Assembly (NCBI RefSeq): GCF_963853765.1
Contig: NC_088859.1
Location: forward strand, 5,084,001 to 5,148,000
Source of the DNA: Magallana gigas
Taxonomy: Eukaryota
Direction: 5' to 3'
Length of the DNA: 64,000 bases
Shown here: positions 11,786-23,850 of the stretch, in pieces
Layout: every line of letters starts with the position of its first letter
How positions within the stretch are numbered: the stretch's first letter is position 1
Notes under the pieces: model-generated
What the model was told of the DNA's origin: nothing
What the model saw: only the letters and a program-made list of their open reading frames with translations
The model's database searches: none
Position numbers and translations under genes: made by a program

Positions 11786-13915
11786 GATATTAATGAAGGT
11801 AATCAATTTATCTCAAAACTTTATTTTTATTAAAATATGTTGGCAATTTTCATTTGATAAATATTATCAATGATGTTTTCGTCAAAGAAAAGTAGTATTT
11901 TACCGTGCGTGATTTGCAGCGCAAGAGTTACTTCCCCATAGTGATTTGGCTGGAAAAAATCTATTTTTAGAAACTACATACCCATACCTATCAATCTAGT
12001 ACATAGAATATGTACCGTACCAGGCATCATTTTTTGGTCAATGGTACATTGGATACCTTAATTGGCATTATAAAACTTGAATTTTTGAGTAGAATCAATA
12101 TATTGAGCATAATTTCTAGAAGAGAGGTGACACAAAATGGCTACCCCAAAACAGAGGAATAAACCTCTTTGAAAGGAGAAAAACGTTATTGTCCACAAAC
12201 TTTCTGGACAGCCGTTGTATATCGTTAACAGAGGTTTTACCTTAAAAAAAAACCCTTTAATTTTACCACTGTATGAAATAATGAATGTGAATAAAAAGGT
12301 AATGTATGATACGCACATTAATGTTGGTTTGAAACAAACTGGTTCTGCTGATACTGGCAAGAGAAGTTTATAATTCAAGAAAGGCAAAATTTTAGTAGGA
12401 TATTAATTTGATGTTGAAAGAATGATTGACAATATTTTTATAGTGTGTTTTGATGTTTGTAGGTCAAGTTGTCTGTGAGCGACACAGTAAAGCCGACAAG
12501 ATGGGGGATTGGGGCGAGAGAATCACGGTGGAGGAGGTCCTTAAACTGGTGCCCCTGCAAGGTAAGGACCAATCACAAACCTCTTTACAACAGAATGATT
12601 TTTTAATGAAGCTGGGTGGTCAACAAACTAACCATCAATTTTCAGAAGTGAGTTGTTTAGGTATAAACTATCAACATAGTAAAGGAAAATTCCAAATATT
12701 TTAGATTTAATTGATAATGTGATCTATTTTTATACAGAGCCCTTCTTATTAGGAGATTATGATAGTCTAAAAATGTACATGACCATCTGTCCCTCTTAAT
12801 GTTATGATGTTATGCAGCATCGGTGGTAATGCTCCACCAGCCATGGTCACTTAGTTAGGATAATTATTGAATGCTTATTAAGTATATTTGGTTAATCAAT
12901 CCTGTAGCAACAACACACACTAAGTTAAAATGATATAACTGTTTTGGTGTCGGAAGCATTCCAAGATATTAGGTACAACCTGCTGATATTAAAAATTAAT
13001 GTAGACATTTCAACCAATAAAAGCTTAACATTTTAAAAACTAAATTTAAATTTTCTATGATATATATCGACATATAATGGATACCATTTGATTTATAATT
13101 TATATGACACATATTCTAAGTGTCCTTGGTCTACCACTGACAGCAAGCGACAGGAGTTCTGTGATAAGGTCGAGGGGTACGGCCGAGTGTGTGACTGTGA
13201 CGACCCCGCCCCACTCACATTCCATCCACCTAAGGTAGGAAATATCATCTAGTCATCAGCAGGTAAAAAAAGATTAATATGGAAAAGTTTAGGAAAATAT
13301 ATCAAGGCCACACCAATTTGTAAAATAATTCTTCAGATTTTCAATATAAATCATTGGGATAGAAAATAATAAGGCAAGCTAAAACTAGTAATATTTAAAT
13401 TTATTTAATATTTGATTTAAGTGCGATTTCAAAAGTATTAAGGCTCAACGAATTGCATAAGAGCGTATCGACTTCTATCACCCCATATCAAAGTCTAAAG
13501 TTATAGAAAAGTTCCAAGAAGAGCTAGATTTGTCAACCTGGGTGTTTGTATCATATGGCATGAAAGTGGGAATCTAGTATTATATTTACCTCTTTATTTA
13601 AACAGTATTTTATTATGCAATATATCAAATAAATGGATGGGATATCAGGCATTGTCTATTTAAATCCACTCCGACCTACAAGGTCAACCTCTGTACCATT
13701 GAAGGCTTATACATGGAAATTGCGTTTGTCTTGATTCATAAACAAAGTTCATTGAGCTACACTTATCACGTATGCTTAGTTTGCTTTTTATTGAGTTTTT
13801 ATGCAGGATACACTTGTGTTTGAGTTGTATAATAAGTATATTTACTAAGTACATGTATTAGGAATTTGCATATGCCGGTATAATAATTCTACTGCTTTTC
13901 TTAGATGTCTACCTG

Positions 13916-14380
13916 TTTTTAGCCGGGCTCTGCTGTAAGCAGAGTCCTGGCTCTAGGCAGGCAAATTGCCAATGTTACTATAAATAGCACAACTTCAAAA
14001 GTAAACAAAAAAACCAAACAGCGTCAAAGTAAAAGCTTCCGCTATACCAAATAGTTACACAAAGAGCCACGCTTTGTCAAAAGTGCTGGCATTTTGTTTT
14101 TGTTTTTTTTTTAAATTCGAGAGAATTGTCTATATTTTTTAGTTTTCTTATTATTAATGTGCTTTAAAAAACAAGACTATGCATTTTGGACACATATAAT
14201 GCGCATGAATTGTTATGAACTACTTTGCTGCGCGTTGAAGAAATGGGGATTGAATATATAACGCTTGTGTCAAAATTCAAGGCAGCAACTGTTGAACTTT
14301 TTTTTACTAGACAGACATATTTTTGTTTATAGCCGCTTACAAAATTTGGTCACTCTCTGACGCTTTGTCGACATTAAAAG
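13916..14380 (+). mobile_element. Probable non-autonomous element beginning TTTTTAGCCGGGCTCTGC-loop-GCAGAGTCCTGGCT; paralog from ~47154; absent upstream of cGLR B
   Basis: 5' hairpin after a T-run, with presence/absence between units. The 3' end is not defined. Confidence 0.45.
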
Positions 14381-14381
14381 C

Positions 14382-14443
<62 letters not shown>

Positions 14444-14995
14444 CAGTTTTTACTACACTAATATGCTTAAAGACACACCAAAAGAGCCCAGCTTTCAGTA
14501 CTTCAGTACTTTGATTTGTTTAAATCTGCATGTAGCATTAAGAAAAAAATGGACCATGTCATTTAAAATTGGATGATATATAACATCCACTTGTATACCT
14601 AATTTCTTCCTACAACCATCCAACCAATCATTGGTTGTTATCAGTGATATCTGTAGGTCTTGTTCTGTCAGGCCAGATTTTTTATTTCACTATTCATTGA
14701 TTTTATATATGGTATCACTTTGACAGTAAACACATTTATGTACCTTAGCATTTAATACACATTCTAAACGGATTTCTTAATTTTAAATATCTGTAGCTCC
14801 CTATTCATTCATCTCTGTCTCTCTCTTTTAAGCAAACTTCTTAATTAGAAATTAATTTAAAACCAGCAATCAAATATGTAAACTTATGAAAGACAATAAA
14901 ACACACAGCTGAAACAAAGTGAAAGTACAATAAAATAAAATTCCTGCAGCTAAAAATAGCATAAAATTTCCACAGGTGTAGAGTTCACCTTTAAA

Positions 14996-16514
14996 ATGGA
15001 GTCTTTCCCAGTTGAAATGTAAGTTCACGCAAATATTCTTATAATTTTCATATAAAATGTAAGCACTACATTATTGGAACATTTTCTATCTGAAGGTATG
15101 AAAAATATGATTTACAAATTGATAATTGCTCAAAACAATACACACATCTAATTCTAACAGATATGAGGGACTCCAGCACCTGTCAGAGTCAGTGTTTGTG
15201 GGACTGTGTGAGATACTGGGGACCTCACAACAGGTGGCCCTCAGGAGGGAGACACAGGACATCATAGATATGATGAAGAGACGATTTTATACTTATGATG
15301 GAGTCATTGAGATGACGAGTGGAAGTATGAGGGAAGGATTCAGACTGGAGGGATCAGATTTGGACGTAATGTACTGGCCAAACAACCACCGAGTGATCAT
15401 GGACATGTCTCAGTCTGAGTATTACAACACAGCCAATACAACCTTGATTCTCTCTGACAGTTCTGAGAGTCCACCAGGATTCACTCTACTTCAGTTACTG
15501 ACAACATCAAGATACAGAGAAGTCCAATCAGCTTGTGTCAGAATGAATGACAGAGTCTATATATCTAGTTCTATATACAGAGAGTTAACTTGTTCAAAAG
15601 CATATCCTAATTCTACTGTACATGGACCCTGTGGTAGTGGTTATATAGCAGGGAGAGAATATGACACTGCTCACTGTTTTGTTTGTGACTTTTGGCCTCC
15701 ATCTGCCTCCTCATGGAAAGACAGATGCCATGCATGGCCTGATTCTGAAATTGTCAATGACATTGTCAGAAATGGATGCCACTTTGTAGCAATAGGACAT
15801 CCATTTGGACCCCATGAAAAGGAAGAATGGAGATTTTCTTTTTCACGAGCAGAGTATAAATGTGTGTCAGCAATGAACCACTGTCAGTTTTTGACATATG
15901 GATTGTTAAAGCTGTTCTTAAAAGAAGTTATAAATCAACAATCAGAAGAAACCAATGAACTGCTGTGTTCCTATCATATGAAGACAACAGTTTTCTGGGC
16001 AATTCAACAAAACACACTACCTCATTGGTGTCCACAAAATCTCTTGGCTTGTCTCTGGGTTTGCTTTAAACTCCTCCTTCAATGGGTGTATGAGGGGATC
16101 TGTCCTAACTTTTTCATCCCCAAAAACAACCTGTTTTTGACAAAGGTCCACAGCTCAGCACAAAACAGATTGTTCCTACAGTTACATGAATTGTACAAGA
16201 AAGGTCTGGCCTGTCTGTTACAGAGTTCATCTATCAGGTCCTACATCATTGATGTCCTGTACAACCCTAGAGCTTTTGTTTGTACAGATGAGAGTTTATT
16301 TATGTCTGAAGTTGACTATGATATAGAACTTTTCAACACAATGCGTACTTCTACTTATGTAGGATCAGGTAAACACCTATATATAAAAGGCATACACACA
16401 ATAGAACATTGGGTAGATTCACGCCTTACACACTGTCAAGTTTTCATGTTACAGAGACTTACAGCCTCTGTTCTTTTAGCACACTGCAGTTATGTTACAC
16501 AACATGTGCACTAA
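14996..16514 (+). CDS. cGAS-like receptor (cGLR / Mab-21 nucleotidyltransferase) paralog A, C-terminally truncated, ~458 aa (exons 14996-15018 + 15161-16514)
   Basis: Motifs SGSMREG...SDLDVM (G[S] + DxD), third acidic residue in EYDTAHCF, GCHFVAIG, EWRFSFSRAE, LLKLFLK, SYHMKT and CPNFFIPKNNLF are characteristic of the cGAS/Mab-21 fold. A +1 frameshift near 16474-16480 ends the frame at 16514. May be a pseudogene. Confidence 0.8.
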
Positions 16515-17182
16515 TACAGGTGTCAACAAACAGATGTAAATTGCAGACAAAATATCCTGTCAAATGCTGAAATTAGCAGCCAAGTTTGGGTGTGTCTCTG
16601 ACATGTTGTACATTGCCATGTATTATAACAAGACACTCAGATACAGGGAAGCTTTATCTATTATAGAGATTACAAAGTTCAAGTTAGCACAGCCATATCT
16701 GCTGTATTGGAGACATGTAGACAGAGAGAGGTATACTGAGGCTGTAGGGGGACAGTCCTGGTCTACAAAGATGAGACAAGCTGTAGCAAGGGATATCCTA
16801 CTTCACAACACAATCTGTTATATAACTAATACCAGAACAACAGTCTGCTCTACAGAATACAGAGCCTACATTATATATCCCAGTGTTTGTAATATTACAC
16901 TTCCTAGAGTTCTTGTGTTACAGACACATTGATACAATATTATCACAAGCAGCTCTAGATGAGCTACAGGTCCTAGTCCACCATGATCAGGGACTGTATG
17001 TACCTGTTCGTTACAGAGACATCTCTTGGGAGATCCTGGGGATCTGTCAACAGATCACAGGGAACCTCCAGGCTGCTTTATACTCATACCAACGGTCACT
17101 CACGCAGTATCCATGGAACAACATACAAGGTGCTACACAGAGGAGAATACAGGATATGATTCAGTCAACACCACACCAGTAA
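16515..17182 (+). pseudogene. Decayed TPR-like C-terminal tail of cGLR paralog A
   Basis: Aligns to residues ~445-670 of the 31102..33114 ORF but has TAA at 16537-16539 (TAT in the other paralogs) and a 5-bp deletion near 16823; split over track ORFs 16564..16932 and 16883..17182. Confidence 0.85.
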
Positions 17183-17680
17183 TGAAATTATAGCCATTAA
17201 CAAAACAAACTTTGTACTAAGACATTCCAAGTCAGTCATCCTATATTCACAATACCTTAGATTTAAGTGTTCAATGAAAATATATTATCTTATATATAAT
17301 TCAATGTTTATTTGTTTTATCTATCTTTATATTGTTGCTTTAAAGCCATTATATACATGTATGTTCTTTGTCAGGAATATGAATATATTATATATATAAA
17401 ATTTATATTTTCATCCACCGAGTATGATTTCCTTTATTTCTTACGGAAACTTATTGTAATTCATAGCTCTGTAGAAACTGACAGGGTTGAAGTCTACACA
17501 CCTGTTTATTGATTGATGGAAACATACAGTGATCTCTTAAGACAAATCACGGACTCTATGAAATAATCCTGATGATGTCAGACTCAAATTCCTGTAAGGG
17601 ATGATTTGGCTGTTTCTTTAAGCTAATGTATGGTACCGATGTACTTTACAGTAATTAAGTTAATTTTACTTACTGTTTAC

Positions 17681-17686
17681 AATAAA
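17681..17686 (+). promoter_or_regulatory. Candidate poly(A) signal AATAAA of cGLR A (conserved at 33596-33601 and 50906-50911)
   Basis: Same position ~480-505 bp after the tail stop codon in all three paralogs. AATAAA is common in AT-rich DNA. Confidence 0.35.
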
Positions 17687-20600
17687 TTTATAAATTTGTT
17701 GAAAGAAAATGTAAATATAAACATATATATATGAAGATAGCGATCATTGCATAAAAAATTTACATGACTCGTAATGTGTGTTATGTATTTTTTTCTGCAA
17801 TGTGGCCACCTTCATATTCCGCATGAATCAGAAAAAAAAACATTTTATTGTTTAAATTAGCACTTCTGCAGGTAAAAATATTGTGCTGGAAACTTTGCGA
17901 GGAAAACTGTTTTTTAGTTCAAGATGAAGTGGAGGGAAGCTTATGCTATACCCCTGGTGACGATGTGGGCTTCCAGACCTGGTTAAAGTTTTTGGATCAG
18001 GTTCTGTATCTAAGTTATTACTTCTCCTTTCTTCACCAAACTTGCATTGATGGTGCATCTTTTAATACTTATGCGCTTGAAAGGCTTGAATGCTAAATCT
18101 AAGTCATAGGTTTGGGACACTGGATGAGGTGGTAAAAGTTTTTGGAGCTGGCGCTTTATGATAGACAAATCTTAGTTATTATTGGTTTGAATAGATGATG
18201 CATTTTGTGATACTGATGATGATCAGGCATAGATGCTGAATCTGATCCATAGGTTTTAGATGCTGAAAAAGTTTATGATTTTTGGAGTAGGCCACAGGTG
18301 TTTTTAAATGCTATATTACACAGGTATGTGTAATGGAAATTGTGCTAATACAATCTTTGGATTTCCTTAGGGTGTGTAATATGAACTTATGCTCTGTCTC
18401 TATCTCTCTGATACCGAGCAATTTGAGAACATGTGCCATCACTTCATCATATGACTCCATTTTTGTTTGTAACCGTTTGAGCAGATTGAGGATGTGATTT
18501 TAATCAGATTGAGATTAGTCACCCATTTTTCACAATTCAGGCATCATAAAGAATAACTATACACACTGTTGCATGCTTTTTCAAGCCCGTGCTTCTGTCA
18601 TTTCCTACCTTGTGTGTTTTCAGGTCTTAAGTGAGTTTGGTATAAAAAGTTGAAAAGTTGAAAAAACTTATCCATAAATATTTCCATATATGCAAAGAAT
18701 ACATTTTTTGGTAATATATTAAATTGTGTTTGAAATAATTGCAGAATTGAACTATATTACGAATTGGTGTGGGCCAAGATACATTTTATCTGTTATATGA
18801 TAGATATTTTTAATGTGTATCAAAGTATCAAGCCATCATACATTCTAAATTTTCTAAAATCTTATAATTTGAGAACAGTTAGAGGTGGACAATCTGAAGA
18901 ATGTGGCAATAACTGTGATAGCCAGCAACCGTCCACAGTACCTATATAGGTGAGTTTACTTACTGTAAATGATGTAGTACTTTGTCTGTCTGTCTGTCTA
19001 TCAAGTTTATGTGATAACTAACATCTGTATGCTGTATCTCAACAGGTAAGATGTAAGTCCCCAGTATCTCTATAGATAAGTAATAAGTCCTCAGTATCTC
19101 TACAGTTGAGTTATAAGTCCACAGTACATGTATCTCTAAAGGTGAGTTATAAGTCCACAGTATCTCTACACATGAGTAACATTAAGTCCCCAGTATCTCT
19201 ATAGGTGAGTTATAAGTCCACAGTATCTCTATAGATGAGTTAAAAGGGCACAGTATCTCAGTAGATGAGTAATAAGTCCACAGTATCTCTATAGGTTAGT
19301 TATAAGTCCAAAAATTAAGCCACCTTTAACTGTCTCACCCTAGTGCCTTGTATACTTGTACTTTAAGGGAATGTTCCTAACCCTGATACCTTTACCTCCT
19401 CCACAGGATTTAATGCTTCTGTAGTCATGGCTGTCCACATATCATTATGTGATATAATGAGCATTAATATTAAATTCTTTTTATATCATATTTGTTCGCT
19501 GTGTGATACTTTGCTGTTATTGTACCTCCCCAGGATGCTGGTCAGGCTGTACGTCAGGAGTCCGACCCGACATGATCACGGTGTTCATCGATGGATTCTT
19601 CCAGGTCTGTACATCCCTTAAAGTTGTTGTTACAATAGACTGCATAACACACACACACTATGTTTACTGACAAGCTTATGGGAATATAATTGTGTGTGTA
19701 ATTTTCCTGTGTCAGGAGCCCCTGGAGGTGACCAGACTGCTCGGGTTGAGGGGGATACAGCACACCCCCCAGGGGAAGAAAAACGCCAGGGTCAGCCAGC
19801 ACTACAAGGCCAGCCTCACTGCCACCTTTGACCTTTACCCAGTAAGTCCTTGACTTACTTTCTCTACTATGGTTTTTAGAAATATGAACATTTATACGGT
19901 AGATACAAATTTTGTATCGAGGAAAAACTATTTTGTCAAACAATATCATATGATCATCAGTGTGTAAAATGGTTTGGGGGTCACAGCTGCAATACGTAAC
20001 TACTCTTTGGATACCCCAGCTTCCTCCCTTTATCGTTGACTCCTTTGTGTCAACATTCATGCCAACAAAAGATAGTTATATGAATTGTTTAACTTGTTTA
20101 TGAATGTTGTAAATATAAGTTTAGTTTAAATACAAATAAATGTAATTTCAAAATTTCTCCCCAGGAGGCTTTGTATACCATTGTCATTGAGGAAGATCTA
20201 GATGTGTCACCAGACTTTTTCAAGTAGGTCAATTATGTCTGCTATGAACTGCAAAGCCAGTTATATTTATTTCAGAGGAACAAAAAAAAGTAAAATTCTG
20301 TCTTTAAATGTTGATGCTATATTCATGTAAATGTCATCAAATATGTACAAATGGAATTCATCCCTCCATAAACTACTAGTGTTCTGCTTGTTTCAGTTAC
20401 TTCAGTCAGACCCTGCACCTGATGGAGAAGGACAGTAGTTTGTACTGCATCTCTGCTTGGAACGACCAGGTGAGTAAATCCGAACACATTCCAACATCAG
20501 TTTATGTTGTATCTTTGCTTGGAATGACCAGTTGAGTAAACTGGATGAAATGATAATTTCACGGTTGTTATTATAATCAAATTTTCTTATTAAAAATTAA

Positions 20601-23140
20601 ATTGTTAATAGTTGATAAAAAATAACTACCCTATTATGTATATTTATAAAGGTCACATCATTGTTGGTAATGTTGACCTTATTTGTTTTGGTTAACAAGA
20701 GATTCCCACTTAAGTAAAGACTGTCAACATAACATTTTTCAACTCAAAAAAGTATCAGCCTCATTCTGTGCTTAAACCCCACTTTACTTCTTTAAAGACA
20801 TGAACCTTTTTTTATGCTCAAGGTCAAATTTTTGTATGCTTAAGGTCAAATTTTTGTTAAGATTTGGCCTGGTTCCTTGTTTCAGGGTTACTCCCACTCA
20901 TGTAAGGACCCACGTAAGCTGTACCGGGTGGAGACCATGCCGGGGCTGGGCTGGCTGCTGAAGAAGAAACTCTTCAAGGACGAACTGGAGAGACAGTGGC
21001 CTTCTTCTGACAAAGTAAGGACAAACTGATTTTTAACGGACAAATTTCTTTCATAAGTTTAAGCCCTAACCCTTATCAAAACTATGCTAAAAATACATTT
21101 TTACTTAAATTTCATTTTCCTTTATTAAATCTAAAATACTGTTTGATATTTCACAATGATATGATGTCAGTCTTGACGTAGTTTTACTTTTACTTCCTTT
21201 TACCTTGTAATTAGTCACCTGATGACTTACCTTTAATTAACACCTGTGTGTTTCTGTGATTGACAGCAGTGGGACTGGGACATGTGGATGCGTCTCCCCA
21301 CGGTCAGGAAGAACCGGGAGTGTATCATTCCGGACGTCTCCCGCACCTATCACTTCGGATCTAAAGGACTCAACATGAATCCGTACTTCCAAGAAGTCTA
21401 CTTTAAAAAACACTCCATTGTTAACGAATCTAACGTCGCTCTGAAGGACCTAGAGAGGTGAAACTGAACTTCTTTCTTTGTAATTGATAAACTCCTCCAT
21501 GAATTGATATATTTGAATTTTCTTATGTAAGACTAAATATTTACATTTTTCAGTGTGTTTGTCTTTGATAACACTAGAAATCAATTTTGTATTGTATAGT
21601 CCAATAAATTCAAATGACGTATTGTCAGGGCGCAAGTGGGGCTCTTATGATTAAAAGAAATGAAAATCACATAAATATGCCAATACTCTAATATTTAATC
21701 ATACAGTTGCTGAAAATTATATACCAATATAAGTACATGTAATAAGGAATCATTCTTTGAATATTATGAGGTGATAATTATCTCCTCATAATACTTAAAG
21801 AATGATTCCTTACTGTAGATTCTAAATTAAACGCGATGAAGTAAAAGGCCTATCCACGTAAAATCGCGAGAGGCATCCTCCGCAGATTTAAAAATCTCTT
21901 CATTATTTTCTGAGAGTTGAAAACTATAAGAAATAAGGAGAAAACTTCCATGTTCATGATTTTATATTCTCGCATTTTGATACAAACCAGCAGGACCGCA
22001 GAATTAAGTACTCGCGTAATATAAGGAATTTACAGTATTCCTTTAGTAAAATCAATACCTTCGTAAGTTTTTATATATAAGTCACCTGTGTTTGTTTTTA
22101 TTTTTGGTCATAAATTTACATCTGTCTTTATAGATTCATAAATTTTCAGTTTTAAAACTAAAAACTTGTTAAAGTAAATGTGTTTTAATGTACATGTATA
22201 TGATATATGATATATTCCGTATTACAAATGTCAGATGAACAAATGCATAAATAACTCATTTTTATAATTATCTTGATGCAAATTGGAATATAAAAATGTA
22301 ATCTGAATATTTTCCAGGATGACAGCTGACAAATACGAGGTGATGATAAATGAGATCCTGAAGTCAGGGGTAGTAGTGGACCACAGCAAGGACCCATGTG
22401 ATAGCGGGCTGGTCCCCGACAACAAGGTACATATGGTGCATTATATATATATCTATAGTACATATATTAGTTCATTTTATATATATATAACTCTAGTACA
22501 TATAGTATATTATGTATATTACTCTAGTACATATAGTATATTATATATATAATTCTAGTACATATAGTACATTATATAACTATAGTACACATAGTACATT
22601 ATATATATATAACTATAGTACATATAGTACATTATATATATAATTCTAGTACATATAGAATATTATATATATAACTCTAGTACATATACATGATCACAGC
22701 AAGGACCCGTGTGATAGAGGGCCTGTCCCTGACAACAAGGTATATACATGAAGTAAACATATACATTACTCTAGTTCCTGTCCATGAGTGCAGTACGTTG
22801 AATTTTGTCTATTGACTATTTTAAGGACTTTTTATAGTTGAATGTTAATTCTGAACTATTTACTTTCTATAATTAAAAGTTCTTATAGTATAAATCAGCA
22901 GGCACTGAGGCTGTGATGCTTAGATAACAGTCATACAATTAGACAGTCAGTATGTGATGCTCATCAACAACCTCTATATCCCACCAAAATAAATGCCGGT
23001 GGACAGTTCTTCTGTTTTAGTTTTCTAAAGACTGTTACTCATTTTAAAACATATTTATATTTTGTCTAGGATGCTGTACATGTCATGTACATACAGATGC
23101 AACATCCCACAGATTTTACCACCTGGAAACAACTCGCCAA

Positions 23141-23201
<61 letters not shown>

Positions 23202-23794
23202 CGGAATTTTTATTATACATGGTTGCCTGATATTCATGAATTTATAGGGACACCTGCCTGTGAATTTTAATCATTCACAAATTATAAGACCTGTTCATTG
23301 TATCCATTATTAAAAAATGGAAATCCACAAATTTGTTTAATTTATTTTTAAGCATTAATTCAAAATATTATAGATTTAGATATACCGGTAGATTGAATAA
23401 AGAATGAGTACTATAACTTTATTATGTTACGTACATACATATATATATATATATATGTAAGATCAATAAATACAAATTGTTAAGAATTCTCTAACAGTGT
23501 TATCCTGTGTGATCACTCATTTAAACTACAGGAATTTCCTGTTTCTGTGTTTTAGTGCTACCATTTGTGGGATCTAGATGTGCGAGGATTTCACAAGGTA
23601 TGACTTCTTACTATAAGTAGATGCAGATGAAGTTATTTATTGTATTATATATTACTTTTATGACTTTTGAAGCAACAATCAATCCATATAAGAATGAGAA
23701 TATAAGTTTTGTGTTTGCTGATTTCAGAGTATGTGGAGACTCTACCTGAATGGAACACCTGTAATACTAGTGGGGGTACCTGCCTCACCCTACC

Positions 23795-23850
<56 letters not shown>

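Noticed and set aside
15126-15160. TTG start at 15126 as the true N-terminus of cGLR A
   Set aside because: This stretch lies upstream of a conserved acceptor and is not open in the same way in the paralogs; the 23-nt ATG exon explains all three copies.
13113-15200. In-frame POMGNT1-cGLR fusion protein
   Set aside because: The phase-0 host exon joined to any cGLR acceptor gives a stop in the second codon, and the phase-1 GQVV exon joins out of frame.
17880-18300. Possible coding exon (ORFs 17848..18096 and 17852..18058)
   Set aside because: Looks like a degraded repeat remnant (GCTTATGCTATACCCC..., TTCACCAAACTTGCAT) and is largely deleted in the sister units.
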